A stretch of 64,000 nt of DNA from assembly GCA_051294905.1 (NCBI GenBank), contig CM119372.1, positions 62,001-126,000 of the forward strand, given 5' to 3'. The number at the start of each line of letters is the position of its first letter. Position 1 is the first letter of the stretch. The position numbers and the translations under genes were made by a program. The notes beneath the pieces are model-generated. The model made no database searches, was not told the DNA's origin, and saw only the letters and a list, made by a program, of their open reading frames with translations. Shown here piece after piece: positions 50,523-64,000 of this stretch. Origin of the DNA: Botryllus schlosseri (Eukaryota).

Positions 50523-52057
50523 CAGAGGTCTCAAACACGCGGCCCGCGAGACTATTTTGTGCAGCCCGCCACGGCATTTTGGATTTTCAAGTGTTCAACA
50601 ATATATTCAAGTGCCATATATCTTTTTTAGACATAAGAACTTAAAGTTCACCTTAAAACTACTATAAAAATCGATGAAATCTCAACAAACTTCACTATCA
50701 CATCACCTTTAAAAAGCTACCACGCGGTAGAAGATCAGCTATTACGTCACATTTGGAGTTCATGATGGTGAAACTTGACCCGTTGATGATTGGTGACGCA
50801 AAATTGTGATTTGGTTCGGTGTGAACTTCTCGTAGAATGACTCGATTTCGGATTGACTGGGTGATTAAATAAAAAAGACTCGAGTTGAGTCGGGTCAAAC
50901 CTTAAAATCAGAGAAGGACTTGCGACTCGGAACCGTGACTTGGTAATCCTACGGACGCAACAATCCACGAAACTGTCATGTGCAACAGTAGTATATCAAA
51001 AGGTCGTAGCTTGCGTTGCGTAGGGTATATAGCTATCTAACCAGGTAAGTATGGCAACCATTGGTATTCTCTGACCCCCGTGACGTATAGTTGGTTCCAT
51101 GCTGGGTGTCGTTTGCTCTCTTTATCCATGTTATTATCGGTGGCGAGTATGGTAGTAGTACGCTCTACAGCTGTAACATCAATGAATTTTTCGCCGATTG
51201 GATATTTCTATTCCAGGGGTTCTTAACCAGGGTCCGCAGACCCCATCGGGGTACAAAGCACCACATCAGGGTGTACGAGATTCATTGTTGAATTGGGCCT
51301 ATATTCTGTGGAATATTTTCTTGGCCAATTCATTCAACTGGAAAATAATCTTCGCTTTATAGGCGTGATTTTATGTGAATGGGTTTTCTGATTTCAATAT
51401 AGGTAGGAGGTACCATCAGTAATTGTGTTGACAATGGACAGGGGCTACAAGAAATCTCATTGGAAGCACAATGGGTACGATCGCTAAGGTTAAGAAGCAA
51501 TGCTATTACTATAGCTCAATAATTATTATATTCAAGTTGTTATTGATATGTTTCAATAATAATTGAAGGCAAAATCTAACGATGATTTAATTTGACTTCG
51601 GCAATGACGGTAACAACAGCCTATACTTATCACGACTATATCAAAACTAGGATTAGGCTGCACCGCTCACATCAGATCAATCTTCGGTAGATTTTAAAAT
51701 ATTCTGCGTAAAATTGTGGCTTTTCAAAGGTCCACTATGGCTGCAAATTATAATCCGACAGTTTTACGATGCCATGATGCATCCTCTCGCATGAATCTAT
51801 AACTAATTAATTAAAAAATTTATGCCCGACACAAAAACAATGTTATTCAAATATTTGAAAATGTGATTTTTTTCGTGTCAAGCGTGAATAGTACAATAGT
51901 AAATTACATTTCTTCAATGTTTGTGGAATGCCTGTCTGCAAGGTCCCGTCAAATAAGGATATTATACACCGAATATCCCTATTATTGATGCTGCGGCCCG
52001 CGGCGTCATCAAAACTAGGAAATTGGCCCGCGAGCGCATTTGAGTTTGAGACCTCTG
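50523..52057. mobile_element. hAT MITE (cagaggtctcaaac TIR)
   Basis: Exact TSD GCATAGCC. Confidence 0.9.
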
Positions 52058-53451
52058 GCATAGCCGGACGCGTTACTGATGAAATGGCATATTTATTACA
52101 GTTCGAGTTATAGGAGCGTGCGGCGTGCGAAAGTGTAGCTTCTGACGGCTTATATCTACGCGTAGATTCGTCAGCACCCGGAAGTTTATCCGACGCATGC
52201 ATTATATTCGGCATTTACACATGTTGGTGGTACCTTGGTACATTTGAAAAAATTTCAAACCCTTTCTATTTTTCTGTCGGCTTACCTTACATATTCATTT
52301 TACGGAGGCGCAACATTGCGTTCACGGTTACTGTTCACTGCTCATTAATTTTATTGCGAGCTGGGGGGTCTTAACTTTCACCAATAGCAAGTCTTTACAA
52401 AACAAAGTCTTACCAAATTTTATTGGTGGAGCAATTTTAAATGATAGAAATATAGATTTCAGGTGGTGTTGAGTGAAGAAAAACGGTTGGAAACCTATCT
52501 TATAATTTGACAATACCTTTGTTGTATGTAATTTTGTTGATGACGTTACTGCTAGCAGTGCGTTACCGCACTAGATTAGATGTCGTGAGATTCGGTTGTG
52601 ATTTCCAAATAATCCCGTGTGTATAGGCTATATATTATACGTCCCTGCATCGCTGACGACATATGATATAAAGAACAGGGGATATCATTGGTGCATCAGG
52701 GCTGTTTGAATGGATAATTTTATCCAAAATAATTAGACGGAATATTCCACACTTCAAAAATAGAAAATCACTTGAGAGGTTGGGTAAGTTGCGAAAGTAT
52801 GGAAAAAGTATCAAATATGGTATGGAAGAATGTTGCTATGGTATAGAAAATTGTCAAGTATGGTATGGAACGATTGGACGGGTATGGAGTATGGAAGATT
52901 CCCATTCCATTCCATTACCATGCCCTGGTTTTATTCTAGCAAATAGCAACACCTCTAATCGCGAACAATGGAATTGGTCAAAAGACGATGTTTAGCCTGT
53001 TGAATGCAGTGCAGTTATTAACCGCTAAAACAGTGGTGGTAACGACGGTATGAGTTGGCGTACTTCTTAGCTCCATTAGCTTTGGTCTTAATCTGGCGTT
53101 AGCCTTGTGTATGTATGCATTGTGAGGAATACAGGTATCCGCCTTGTGAGGAATACAAGAGATTCAACTGCAAACGGAAACGTTGGTTGCAATCACGATT
53201 AATTTTTCTGTGGATTCCAGGAACCTTTTGAGTCGGATGCGACACAGCAGAGCGACCACATATACTTGAATTATATCTTTTGAGTAACTAAAGTGAATCC
53301 TCCATGTGATCTTCGTATGACGTCTCCGCTTTGGCGTTTTCAATTCTGTGAATAAGAACATTTTGGTTTGTTTTCAATAAAACTTAAATCAATGTGCACC
53401 TTTGAGCCTTCTCGAAATTAGGTGCCAATGTATTCGACTTGGTCCTAGTGG

Positions 53452-54711
53452 CAGAGGTGGCCAAAGTAGTCAAGAAAGCTACTCAAGTAGAAGTAGAAGT
53501 AGCGACGAAAAAAACTACTCAAGTACGAGTAGAAGTACTTATTTCATGAGCAACCGAAAACTACTTGAAGTAGAAGTAGAATTGACCGATTTTACATCTA
53601 CTCAAGTAAGTAAGTAGTTGTAAAAACGATCGTAATTCGTTCGCATGGACTGTTACATGCTGCAAATCGAGCTAAGATGAAGGTGTAGAGAGCTTGATTC
53701 ATATTGATGCATCCCAGGAGGTGTCAAGTTTTGACAGAATAAGCAGTCGTCCACATCATGGAATGTATATGATAGTGTTGATATCGAAATGCGATAATAA
53801 TCCTTTGTTTACTCGAACACCCCGTATTACAGAATATAATGGCATGCCGCTCTCCCCCAAGTCACCCGTATTATAAGGCCCCTAGTTCAGTCGAAGAGCA
53901 ATACGGAGAAGTTGTGTCTGATAAGGCTTTAACACTTTGCGCGTCAATTAAAAATATGGCAGATCGTAAAAATTCCATATCGTGTATAGCTTTATTTTCG
54001 AAAAATATAAGGCATTACTACACTTGCTTTTATACTTCAATATGTATTTTCTCGAGACAATACAACTGAAACTATAATTGGCACTCAACGTATAATACTC
54101 GTAATTGAAAGAAAAAAACAAATACTACTTCTTAAAAGCGGAAAATATATTTCATGTCTTTTGTCCAGAAGGTTTCAACGGTGGTCTGCTAAAACAGGTC
54201 TAACGTTAAAAAAGTCAAGATCCACTTTTCCAGATTAGGACACGTCATGGGCTGCTAGGTATAATAGGTAATTGCTAGATTGCGAAACGGTAGTTTCAAA
54301 CGTTATGGGTCATACTTACTGTGATGAAATATTTGAAATAGGCGACAATGCGGTGTGAACGGAACCACGCAACCCGGTATCTCAATTATATTCAGCGATA
54401 CTTTCGTTAAAACATATATATTTGAGACTCCATAACTACTGTGCGCGAAGCGCAACGAAAATTCTGGGTATTCCGTGACTTTTATGAAAATCAAATGTTG
54501 TAAGCTCCGAAATTCCTTAGGCTATCTTTCTTATTGCGGGATTAAACTACTTCTACTTGACAAACTGAAAATAGCAAAAAGTAAGTAAGTAGTTCACGAA
54601 ATAATGGAAATAGCAGTAGCGAAAAAATATTTCTACTCGAGTAAGTGCCAGAAGTAGAGGAAAACTTCTTGAGTACTTCGAAAAAGTAGAAGTACTTCGT
54701 TACCACCTCTG
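53452..54711. mobile_element. hAT MITE with (AAGTAG)n subrepeats
   Basis: TIR cagaggtgg; exact TSD CCTAGTGG. Confidence 0.9.
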
Positions 54712-55407
54712 CCTAGTGGTAACTAGAGTGAAAACATCATCACCGCAGTCGGGTCGTTGTGGCCTACGAACATACTCGACATTTGCTGTATTGAGGGATT
54801 ATTTAATGCAAGTATTTCCTCAAACATCTCAACATCAGTTACAGATGTGCTTGATATGATAAACATTTTTTCAATCTACTCAGAATTGCTTCGCAGGCCG
54901 GTTGAAACCGTCTGGCGGGCCGGATGCGGCCCGTGGGCCGTATGTTTGACACCCCTGGCTTATGTGATGTAAAGAGGAGGATTGCGCACTGAATGAAAAG
55001 TAAAAGAAGAAAAAAGCAAGCTACAAAAAATGGGGTGGCATGTCATATGGAAGGCAAGATCGATAGGTCAGGTCGTGGTCCGGTAATTTTGAGGACGGAC
55101 TGGTATTCGTTTCCCGCTCTGAATGAATCAACTCATAATCAAGAATTCATCACGCAAATCACGAGCAAATTCTTTGGAATTTTAGCTTCCACTACAACAT
55201 TACAGGTCCTTTTGTATTATCTTATTTTACTTTTCATTCAGTGTGCCCGCCTCGCTTTTATACATCGCCTAGGCCAGGTAGGTGTCTGATTCCAAAGACT
55301 ATATACTCCAAGTCGTTTCGACGCCTTGCTATCTTATTATTGTATCGCAGTCTTGTGGTGTTTTGACATTATGAAATTCTTAATAAAACTGATACTGATA
55401 CTGATAC

Positions 55408-56826
55408 CAGAGTTGGATCAATTACATTATTTCAGTTCAATTACAATTACAATTACAATTACTTTCATGCATGTTTCAATTACAATACAATTACAATTAC
55501 TCCATGCTAAAAATATCAAATTACAATTACAATTACAATTACTCCTTGCATGCTTCAATTACATTACAATTACAATTTCAATTGCTGCTGTTGAACATGT
55601 AATTGAATAATGATAAATTCAACCGTGCTCCTTGACAACCGTAGCGTCGTAATTAACAACAATTCAAGTATTCATGTTTCATTCATGATACGTAAATACC
55701 CGGTAATTAATAAAAGAAAAACGTTTTCGAACTATTCCAGTATGCAGTATGTCGTTGAAAAAAGTATTATAATCATGCACGGATTGGATTTGCGTATATA
55801 GTATATAATTAAAGAAATAATATTATTTTTATCGAGGGACGTAGGAATTAGGATAAGGGGTGAAAACAAAACCGTGCTTTGTCAGATAAGACGTTATATA
55901 ATATCCAGTGGTCTAATTAGTTAGCCAGACGAAGTAACGATGCAGCATCGTGATCTGAAAGCTTATTGTAGATTGCCAACCCACGGATAGATGCGCAAGA
56001 TGTGAGTCACGGATGAATGCACCGACAAACGTACTGCAGAGCCGCCTAAAAGCAGCAAACTTTGTAGTCCTAGAGCTGGTGATTCAGGCGTCCAAATTTG
56101 ATGCATCTGGTCTTTATCGTAAGCTATTGATGCACTAATTCCGAAAATACAAATTAAAATCTCGTCAGGGCAATGTAACTGCTCCAAAATAGCCGTTTAA
56201 GGCCGACTGTTCTGAAAAGTGAGAGCGCCGCAGCAGCATGACCACAACAATGACCAATTACTCCCAGCGATTGTTCAGAACAATGCCGATTCCCAGACTT
56301 TCACGACTATTTTGGGATGGTACCATTGCCTGGAAATATACTTTTATTGCGGAATCAGTGCGACACTAGCTTTCGATTAGGACCATACATATCAAATTTC
56401 GACGCTTGGATCGTTAGCTATGGGACTATCAATTCTGCTGCTTTTAGCCGGCTCAGCAGTTCGCCTCTCGGCGTATTCAATCGTGAGTCACGCGTTGCGA
56501 ATCCATCCGTTGGTGAGTAATCTAATAATTGTATACAATGGCAGCCGAGGCCAGAATAGCGATAAAAATAAAAAAACTTCGCCCGCAAGGGCGCAGTCAA
56601 GGGCTTCCACGAATGGATCCACCAAATTCCTTGTCGACATTTAAAGAGAATGCATTATAAGTCAATTATTTTATGTTGTGCTTGTCAGGTCTCAATAGCA
56701 ATTTAATGTAATTGAAATTGTAATTGAGCAAAATTTCTGTCAAATTACAATTACAATTACAATTACATTGAAATATGTAATTAATTACATTCAATTACAT
56801 TACAAATTACAATTGATCCAACTCTG
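55408..56826. mobile_element. hAT MITE with (CAATTA)n subrepeats
   Basis: TIR cagagttggatcaatt; TSD ACTGATAC within a (CTGATA)n tail. Confidence 0.9.
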
Positions 56827-58414
56827 ACTGATACTGATAAATCCCATAATTAGCTGTTTTCAACTTAATATCGATTGTTGAAGCAACGAATCAGCATATT
56901 TGGAATAGTTTGGCTGACGATTATTATATTGTTATTTACATCTTGTCTGTTTGTTTGTTTGTTTGGGGTATTCATGGTGTTTGTCGACTACAACGGTCAT
57001 TTACACCAGGCCGATTTTCTGCATTTTTGATTCCGTATATATCTGCCGACTTGTAGCACAGCCCACTTCTAGGCTTTTGTAAGACACAAGACAAAATGAG
57101 GTGGCATGTGACGGAAGACGATGTCGATATGTCAGGTCCGGTCATCTTGAGGGCTGAATAATATTCACCCATTCGTTTTGTTCCAGTGATTATATAATCT
57201 GCGTGTTATAACTGTTGAACCAACAACGTTGCCGAGTGTTCCATTCCATATCTTACACGCCGAACATTTCTGGTCCAAGTCGTCTATGCTACCTGTTTTA
57301 TTTGAAAATATCATATAATTATGATATAGTTATGCAAGTTTCGAGAAAATACCATATTTTTAAATGGCGTTTGTTTGAATCAATTTAGAATATGTGTAAC
57401 AGGGTATTTAAAAATCCACTTCCTGTTTTCAATACAACTCAGAACCTACGTATTTTGATGAATTTCACTAGAACAGAAAGTCATGAAAGAATTAGGTTTT
57501 CTCACTCTGAACATGTGGTTGATTCCAACAGACAAAAGACCGTTTCGGTCCTGATACACGAGACTTGAATCAATAATTCATGTGACATTTTTGCGTAGTA
57601 GGTAACCCACGTCTCTTGGTTTGGTAATTCAAACATATAATGATTCATAACGAGTCAAGTGAGACACTCGTGTTCGGTCGAAGTCTATTGATTCGCAATT
57701 GCGGAGTCGCTACTTCTCTGAACTGATCGCGTTTGCACCCTTGGGCGGTTTTTCTGATTTCACTCCAAAGTATTAACCCGCAGAGGTACGAATGTAATCT
57801 TTAGACTGCTGTAAAAGCGTCATCAGCGAGTGAGAGGTTAATATAAATCATGATGGTCCGGTTCAGTTGGTTTTAGCGCACAATGTTGCGTCATATCGAC
57901 GACGCATTCGATCGAATCTGATCAAATGCTTGAGATCGCGACGGTCGTTGCCAGGAAAGTGGAATCTAGTCAGACTTGTGCAAACTACCGGTCTAGTAAA
58001 TTGACGGTCAACTGACTATTGCTTTTGAGAAGCTATAGTTCTAACTCTAGGAGCGGGTTCTGAAAAGTGAGTAGTCCTAGTTCTAGTTTTGTATTTTAAA
58101 AATAGTTGCCGATCAACTAGAAAACGATCTTCCTCGTCTGGCGTGAATTGCGATTCTGGTGCTCTGTTGTGTGACGTTCTTGATGCGATTTCTAGCTCAG
58201 AGTCATCACCAGTAATGGTGGCGTAGCCAGGGGCGGACTTTGGGGTCGAAATCCCCTTTATTTCAAACTTGCACTGATGTTAATGAGAAAAACTGATCCG
58301 ATTCCGATTAAATAAAAATGAATGAGTTGATTCGAAATTGAATCTAGACAGTTGTTTTTTTCGATAGTTAGTTGCGTATTTTATGTTCTAGTTTCGTATT
58401 TTGAAAAGTGAGTA

Positions 58415-58515
58415 GGCCTAGTTCTAGTTCTGGTTTTATTTTTAGTTCTAGTTCTAGTTCTAGATCTAGTTCTAGTTCTAGTTCTAGTTCTAGCTCTAGT
58501 TCTAGTTCTAGTTTT
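58415..58515 (+). repeat. (GTTCTA)n microsatellite expanded within a MITE
   Basis: Hexamer run visible directly. Confidence 0.9.
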
Positions 58516-58650
58516 GAAAAGGAGCAATTTTAGTTTCGGATTTTGAAAAGTGAGTATTTCTAGTTGCTAGTTCTAAAAAGTGAGTATTTTCTAGTTCCAT
58601 TTCTAGTTGCGTATTTTGATAAGTAAGTAGTAGGCCTACTCGTTCTAGTT

Positions 58651-60403
58651 CAGGGGCTCTCAGCCATTTGTTGGCTGTGGCCTATTTTCCGGTTTGAAAA
58701 TGTTCTGTGGCCCACCTCTTAGTGCATTTTAATGTGTGGTCATAGTGCATTTCAATGTGTGGTAGGCTAATCGTCGCCGATATAGCTATTTCTCTTGAAA
58801 TATACGCATTTTTCTTTGATGAATGGGATACTACAGAGAAGTGGAGAATTTTTTTTAATATGCTAGTAATACAATGTAGGCACCTACCTAGTATATGTCT
58901 TGTAACTGTTGAAGTTGCGATGTAATAACATTAAATCCATTGATACAACCAATTCATGTGACTCTTACATTGTGTGCAATGATTTCAAGGCCGGACATTT
59001 TTAGACCGACTCCGACGATTGATGTGCTGTGACAACCCCTCAATCCATTATAACCTTGCCGGAATACTTGGACATTTCAGCATTAACGTTCAGTTATTAT
59101 ATAATAGAAATTATTTTCGTTGCTGTTGGCCGTCGGAGGTTGTCATAGCTGGAGGGGGGACGAAAGCCGCCGTATATCCTCCCATTTCGACTAGTACAGG
59201 GGTTCTCAGCCCTTTCCTGGCCGTAGCCCATTTTCCGGTTTGAAAATGTGCTGTGGCCCACCTCCCATCTTGGAGTCATAATCCTGTTCAATGCGTGGTA
59301 ATTGATTGCGCCGATCTGCATATTTCTCTAAAATATGCGCATTTGTATCCGAATTTACCGATGATAACTAAACGTAGACCTTTAAGACTATTAAATCGCG
59401 CGAAGCGCGAAGAAAATTTTCAAGTCAAATAAATATCCTCCAATAAACGACCAACGAAATAATCTTGGGCCCCTTCGAGGTCCCGCGATCGGGGATTTCG
59501 GTGCAGCAGTTACGGCATTGGTAGATCATAGACTGAAACTTCTGTGTATATTATGATCGTCCGCTGCTCCATTCGCATCGCGATACACAAACATCAAATC
59601 CACGCATCCATCGTGTGATTGGGATTTTAGTTCCACTATGGTGGGGAGTAGTATATTCAGTCTGGGTCAGCTTCAAACAATTCATTGGTGAATGGGATAC
59701 TGCAGAGAAGTGGCGAAAGATTTTTTTAATATGCGTGCAATAACACATCTTGTGCCAAACCAATTGAAGTTGCGATGTCAGAATATTCAATCCAATGATA
59801 CAATCAATTCAAGTGACTCTTAGATTATGTGCAATGATATCAGGGTGGTCATTAAACCGACTCCATATATTAATGCACTCCGCTAACTCCTCAACCGTTA
59901 CGATTTGTTGCGGTGGTGCAGTAGGCCTATACCTCCACCAGAAGTTGCTATTAATTTGAAATTATGGCTATTTTATCTTACAATAGCACGACTTGCCTAA
60001 GAAGCCTACAGTAAATCTATACATCAATTACATTTCATTCTGAGTTTATTGCACACCCCTTTCAACGGCATACGACATGTGCTCCAGCCCCTGCCGGAAT
60101 GCTTGGTTACTTCAGCATTACCTTCCAGTAAATATATACTCGTAATTATTTTAGTTGCTGTTAGCCCCGTTTTGGACTTGTACATGCTGACTCCATACGT
60201 GCCAACACGTCTCATCAGAGTCGAATGAAAAGCTTTACGTAGCCTACGTATAATTAGATCGTATGAATATATTTTTAGCGATTAACATAACAAATATAAC
60301 TAAACTTACATAAATTATAAAATTTTCAAAATAGCTTTGTGGCCCACCTCAAATGCTCCTATGGCCCACTAGTGAGCCATGGCCCACCCTTTAAGAACCC
60401 CTG
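58651..60403. mobile_element. hAT MITE with an internally duplicated left portion (second left end at ~59197)
   Basis: TIR cagggg.tct; exact TSD TTCTAGTT. Confidence 0.85.
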
Positions 60404-60627
60404 TTCTAGTTCTAGTTCTAGTTGCGGATTTGAAAAAGTAAGTAAAGCTGTAGTTGGAAATGGGTAGGTTATATAGCACAAACCTTTAGGAATACATTTT
60501 GAATATGATTGCAGCTTATAAGCGGCAGCCTAATTAAGTTTTATAGATTTTTCAGCGATAGCTTTCCAACAATTTGTGACTCCGTAGCTGAAAAATGTTA
60601 CTCTGACCGTGACCGCTTTCTGAAACA

Positions 60628-61230
60628 ATGGGAGATAACGACTCGAGACAAGTGGATGACAAAGATGGTGACGTCACGGAAGGCCTGAACGGCAGAACGA
60701 CTTCATGCGTGAGCGTGGCTTCGAGCCAGGCCAGCAAGTCGAGTCGATTGCCCGATTACGATTTTGGGGAGGACGATACGCCGAAAAATCGGCAAAACGA
60801 AAAAAACAAACAGAAGGACAACAAAACAAAAGCGGACAACGAGAATTCGGAAGAAAATGAAAAGAATAAAAATAAAAACAAAACGGTTAAAAAGAAAAAG
60901 AATAAAGAGGATGACGAAACCGCAGTGGCGTCACACGAGACGAGCGAGCAAGCCCGAAAAAAAGACAAAAAACCCAAGACCTCGGGACTGAATTTCTTCC
61001 CGGATAAAAAGGCTGTAAAGAAACAGAATGAAGTTAAGAAAGACAAACAAAGTGGTGACGACGAAGAACGACCTAAAAAGAAAAGCAAAAAAGCCAAGGT
61101 TGTCGTGGTTGACGACGAAGTAATTTCTAGTCAAAACAGACTCGGTTCGAGGAAGGAGCCCCTGATTTACAATTGCTGCCTTTGCTGTAGTTTGGGAGCT
61201 GGGACTCTGATCGGGGGAATCGTGTTCACG
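60628..61230 (+). CDS. First coding exon of a LAPTM/Mtp-like multi-pass membrane protein with a long Lys/Glu/Asp-rich N-terminus; no downstream exon found in the window
   Basis: 201 codons ending NCCLCCSLGAGTLIGGIVFT|gtgagt (CCxCC..G..I.G before TM1); upstream acceptor tttttcag at 60554. Confidence 0.7.
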
Positions 61231-63589
61231 GTGAGTAGTCTACATTGAATTTTTGCCGCCGTCCATCATCTGGCTTTGGCATTGAATTCGTATATCGAAG
61301 TTTTTGTCGGATTCCGACGTGTATAGCAGGGGTAGCCAACCTGTGATCGTATAACGGAAATTATGCATCCGTCTATACATAATTAAGTAGCGTGTGTTGT
61401 TAACATTAAAGACGGAAACAGGATCTGGATTAGATAAGGATACCGTCTTATCCAGGGGGTCAACATTTATGTTATTCGCAGCCACATTTCGATTAGCCTA
61501 GCCTATTAACGTCGCCTACGGTAGCATTCCAGTGCATAATAGGCGTAATGAATTCACTGGGCGCCAAATACCCATGTTAAACTGCCCATGTCCATTTCCG
61601 TCGAACATCCGAATAATATAGGCTACTTATTCCTATCGGCTTACTATGTATAGTTGTATACGCACCAAAAACGCGAGTTGTCATGCATGTTATGAATAGT
61701 TGATGGGATTGGTTTTGTAGTCGTGCGTAGCGCGGAAAATCTTTTCAAATTAATTAATGAATTTCCTCACTAATATTAGTAAGTTTCTAATATTACTATC
61801 AAGTATTTATCCTTTCTCAGCCCGTGTGATCATAGTCACCGGTAGATTTTCTGGGGGGGGGGGGGTGTATTCAAAATTTCAGGACAAGTGATGTTGAGGT
61901 GAGACAATTGTTATTAGTCCATTTGTTACATGCTGTTATTTCTTGACCTACCATCAGGATTTTCGGTACAATAGTGAAAGGATATAGGAACGCCAAAATG
62001 TTCCAGAAACAAATTTATTTCGTAATTAACAGCATAACATTTCAAATTGGTATTTCTTCGTGGGGCGCATCGTTTCCTTCTAGTGTTCGATTCTGCACTG
62101 TGGGATTCAGATATCAAATGGAACTACCTGGGCCTATATCCAGGGCCGTAACAGCACTTCGTCAGCCCCCCCAAACTTTGGCCTTGGGCCCCCCATAGGG
62201 TTATAGACCGAACTTCTGGGGGGCGAACCCATCCGCCAATACACTGTTTACCGCTATTCATCATATTCACTGGGAGTTTGTTTAGTCAATCAGCTTTTGT
62301 CGCCTAAGCGCGCGAAGCGCGGGGAATTTCTAGAATTCATGATTTTATCGGTCACTATGATCGGGATTTGCATATTTGTTATCAATTTTTATCTTCTCTC
62401 TTCTCACATAATCAGATTTGCCGGTAGAGCTGAGTGAGGTGTGCTTGAAAAGGTAGGGCCACTCAATAATAACTAAACATCTTCGGGCGTATACCCGTTG
62501 GCAGGACCGAAACAGCACTTCGTCAGACCCCCATCACGTTGTTCGCGTTTGTCACGAAATTATCTGTACTGTATTGTGAGCCAGCGCGAAACGCGAAAAT
62601 TTTCGATAATTTATGATAAAATCGGTCAATCAGATCGGCGATTGCATATATATTATGCTATCAATTTATTGTCCTCTCTACTTACGTAATTAGATTTACC
62701 GGTAGAGCTGAGTGAAGTGTCTTGAAAACGGGAGGGCCCGTAATGATTAAACATCTTCGGGCGGGCGGACCCGTTGATATGACTTCGTTACATGATGTTA
62801 TTTCGTGACTTCCAGTCTGCTATATCACAAAATATAGAATCGCCCAAACGTAGGCTTCTAAACTAAGAGGCGCACACGATTTCAAATTGGTATTTCTTCA
62901 CTGGCATAAAATTTTTCCCAGCGGCATGTTATTTGTCTTGCGAGGTTCAGATTGCAAAGACAGGAACATTCGGCGCCAGTCATTTAGGCGCCTATGGACA
63001 ATTAAACCTACGTATTTTGTATAGCCTATATGACGAAGTCTTCGGTCTGCATAAGGGCATAGACCAATGCTCTTCAACCGGGGTTGTCGTACACCCTAGG
63101 GTGTACCAGAATTCGCAAAGGGTGTACCAACCGGATGGGGTGTACAGGGGTGTACCAGATCCGAATTACAATGAGCCGATGGCTAGCTATCACAAAGACA
63201 GGTTTATGGGTCAGTACAGGTTGACGCACAGGTTAATGGTACGATGTCATCTCGAGTGTAATACTGTACACCCGGGGCCTACGATAGGCCCCGGTACACC
63301 GCTTGATTGTGATGTCATAAGCAAATATTTCTCCTATTCATTTAGCCGTCGGCAATAGACCAATGGTTCCGTTTGGTGTTTGAAAGTATGCAGTTAACGA
63401 ACATGTGTTCAGCTAGTTATTTGTCTTTTAGTGATTTTTGAGGAAACCGCTGCGCACTGGCGTAGCAGCATGTGCTGCCGCCCCTGGCTCTCGTTGAAAA
63501 TGCCGCCCCCCTAATATGCCGCATCTCAGCCTCACCGTCTCAACGTTAATTAGGCCAAAAATAATAAAGACAAGAAATAGCGAACGAAA

Positions 63590-63800
63590 GTATTGTGCAA
63601 ATAGAAAATCAATAGCCGCCTCAAAGCAAAATCAGCGATATCGTCAAATTCAAGTTTTTGAACGTGGTCTCTTTCTATAGACAGAATTTGTAGAGCTGAT
63701 AGCCGATCATCATTCATGGTAGAACGTAAATAAGACTTAATCAGTTTGAGCTTTGAGAAGCTCCTCACCCAGCTCGCAATTGAAACACCAATGGCCTGAT
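63590..63800 (-). pseudogene. hAT transposase C-terminal dimerisation-domain remnant (ZMYM1-like)
   Basis: RSFSKLKLIKSYLRSTMNDDRLSALQILSIERD. Confidence 0.85.
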
Positions 63801-64000
63801 AAAGTTTCAGACACGAGCATAAATATGGTGTCGAACCAAGTAGGCTAGCTTTGCGTTATCTAACCACTGTAACACATCAAACGCTGTCGCGCTACGATCA
63901 AACGTGGTTCACTGCTCCGCAGAAGCCTCTTGACCCTTTTAAAATCTCAAGTTGAACAACTTCATATGATCAAATCTTAATTTGTGTTCGTCGTAGAGGC

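Noticed and set aside
60756..61097. Phe/Leu/Ser-rich minus-strand membrane-like ORF
   Set aside because: Antisense shadow of the Lys/Glu-rich plus-strand exon.

Overview
Eukaryotic (metazoan invertebrate-like) genomic DNA, AT-rich and dominated by transposons; there are no prokaryotic operons, RNA genes or CRISPR arrays. The species cannot be determined from the sequence. Manual splicing gives three host genes. (1) A 7-exon secreted ferritin on the minus strand (CDS 15870-20114, 254 aa) with a signal peptide, all seven ferroxidase-centre residues and a ~58-aa Cys-rich insertion between helices C and D. (2) A divergently transcribed, highly derived ferritin paralogue on the plus strand (exons 26264-45252, 5' end uncertain) that has lost most ferroxidase residues. 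Its last intron is 17.7 kb, of which 17.1 kb is one nested stack of transposons that can be resolved by target-site duplications (TSDs). (3) The first coding exon of a LAPTM-like membrane protein (60628-61230). The first 14 kb holds three adjacent foldback-type inverted-repeat elements. One carries a multi-zinc-finger ORF and a Harbinger transposase remnant. Another has a spacer that becomes an open reading frame once a hAT insertion is removed. The remainder is mostly hAT-type MITEs with 8-bp TSDs, a THAP-bearing long-TIR element, an R4/Dong-like LINE and CR1/L2-like LINE tails.
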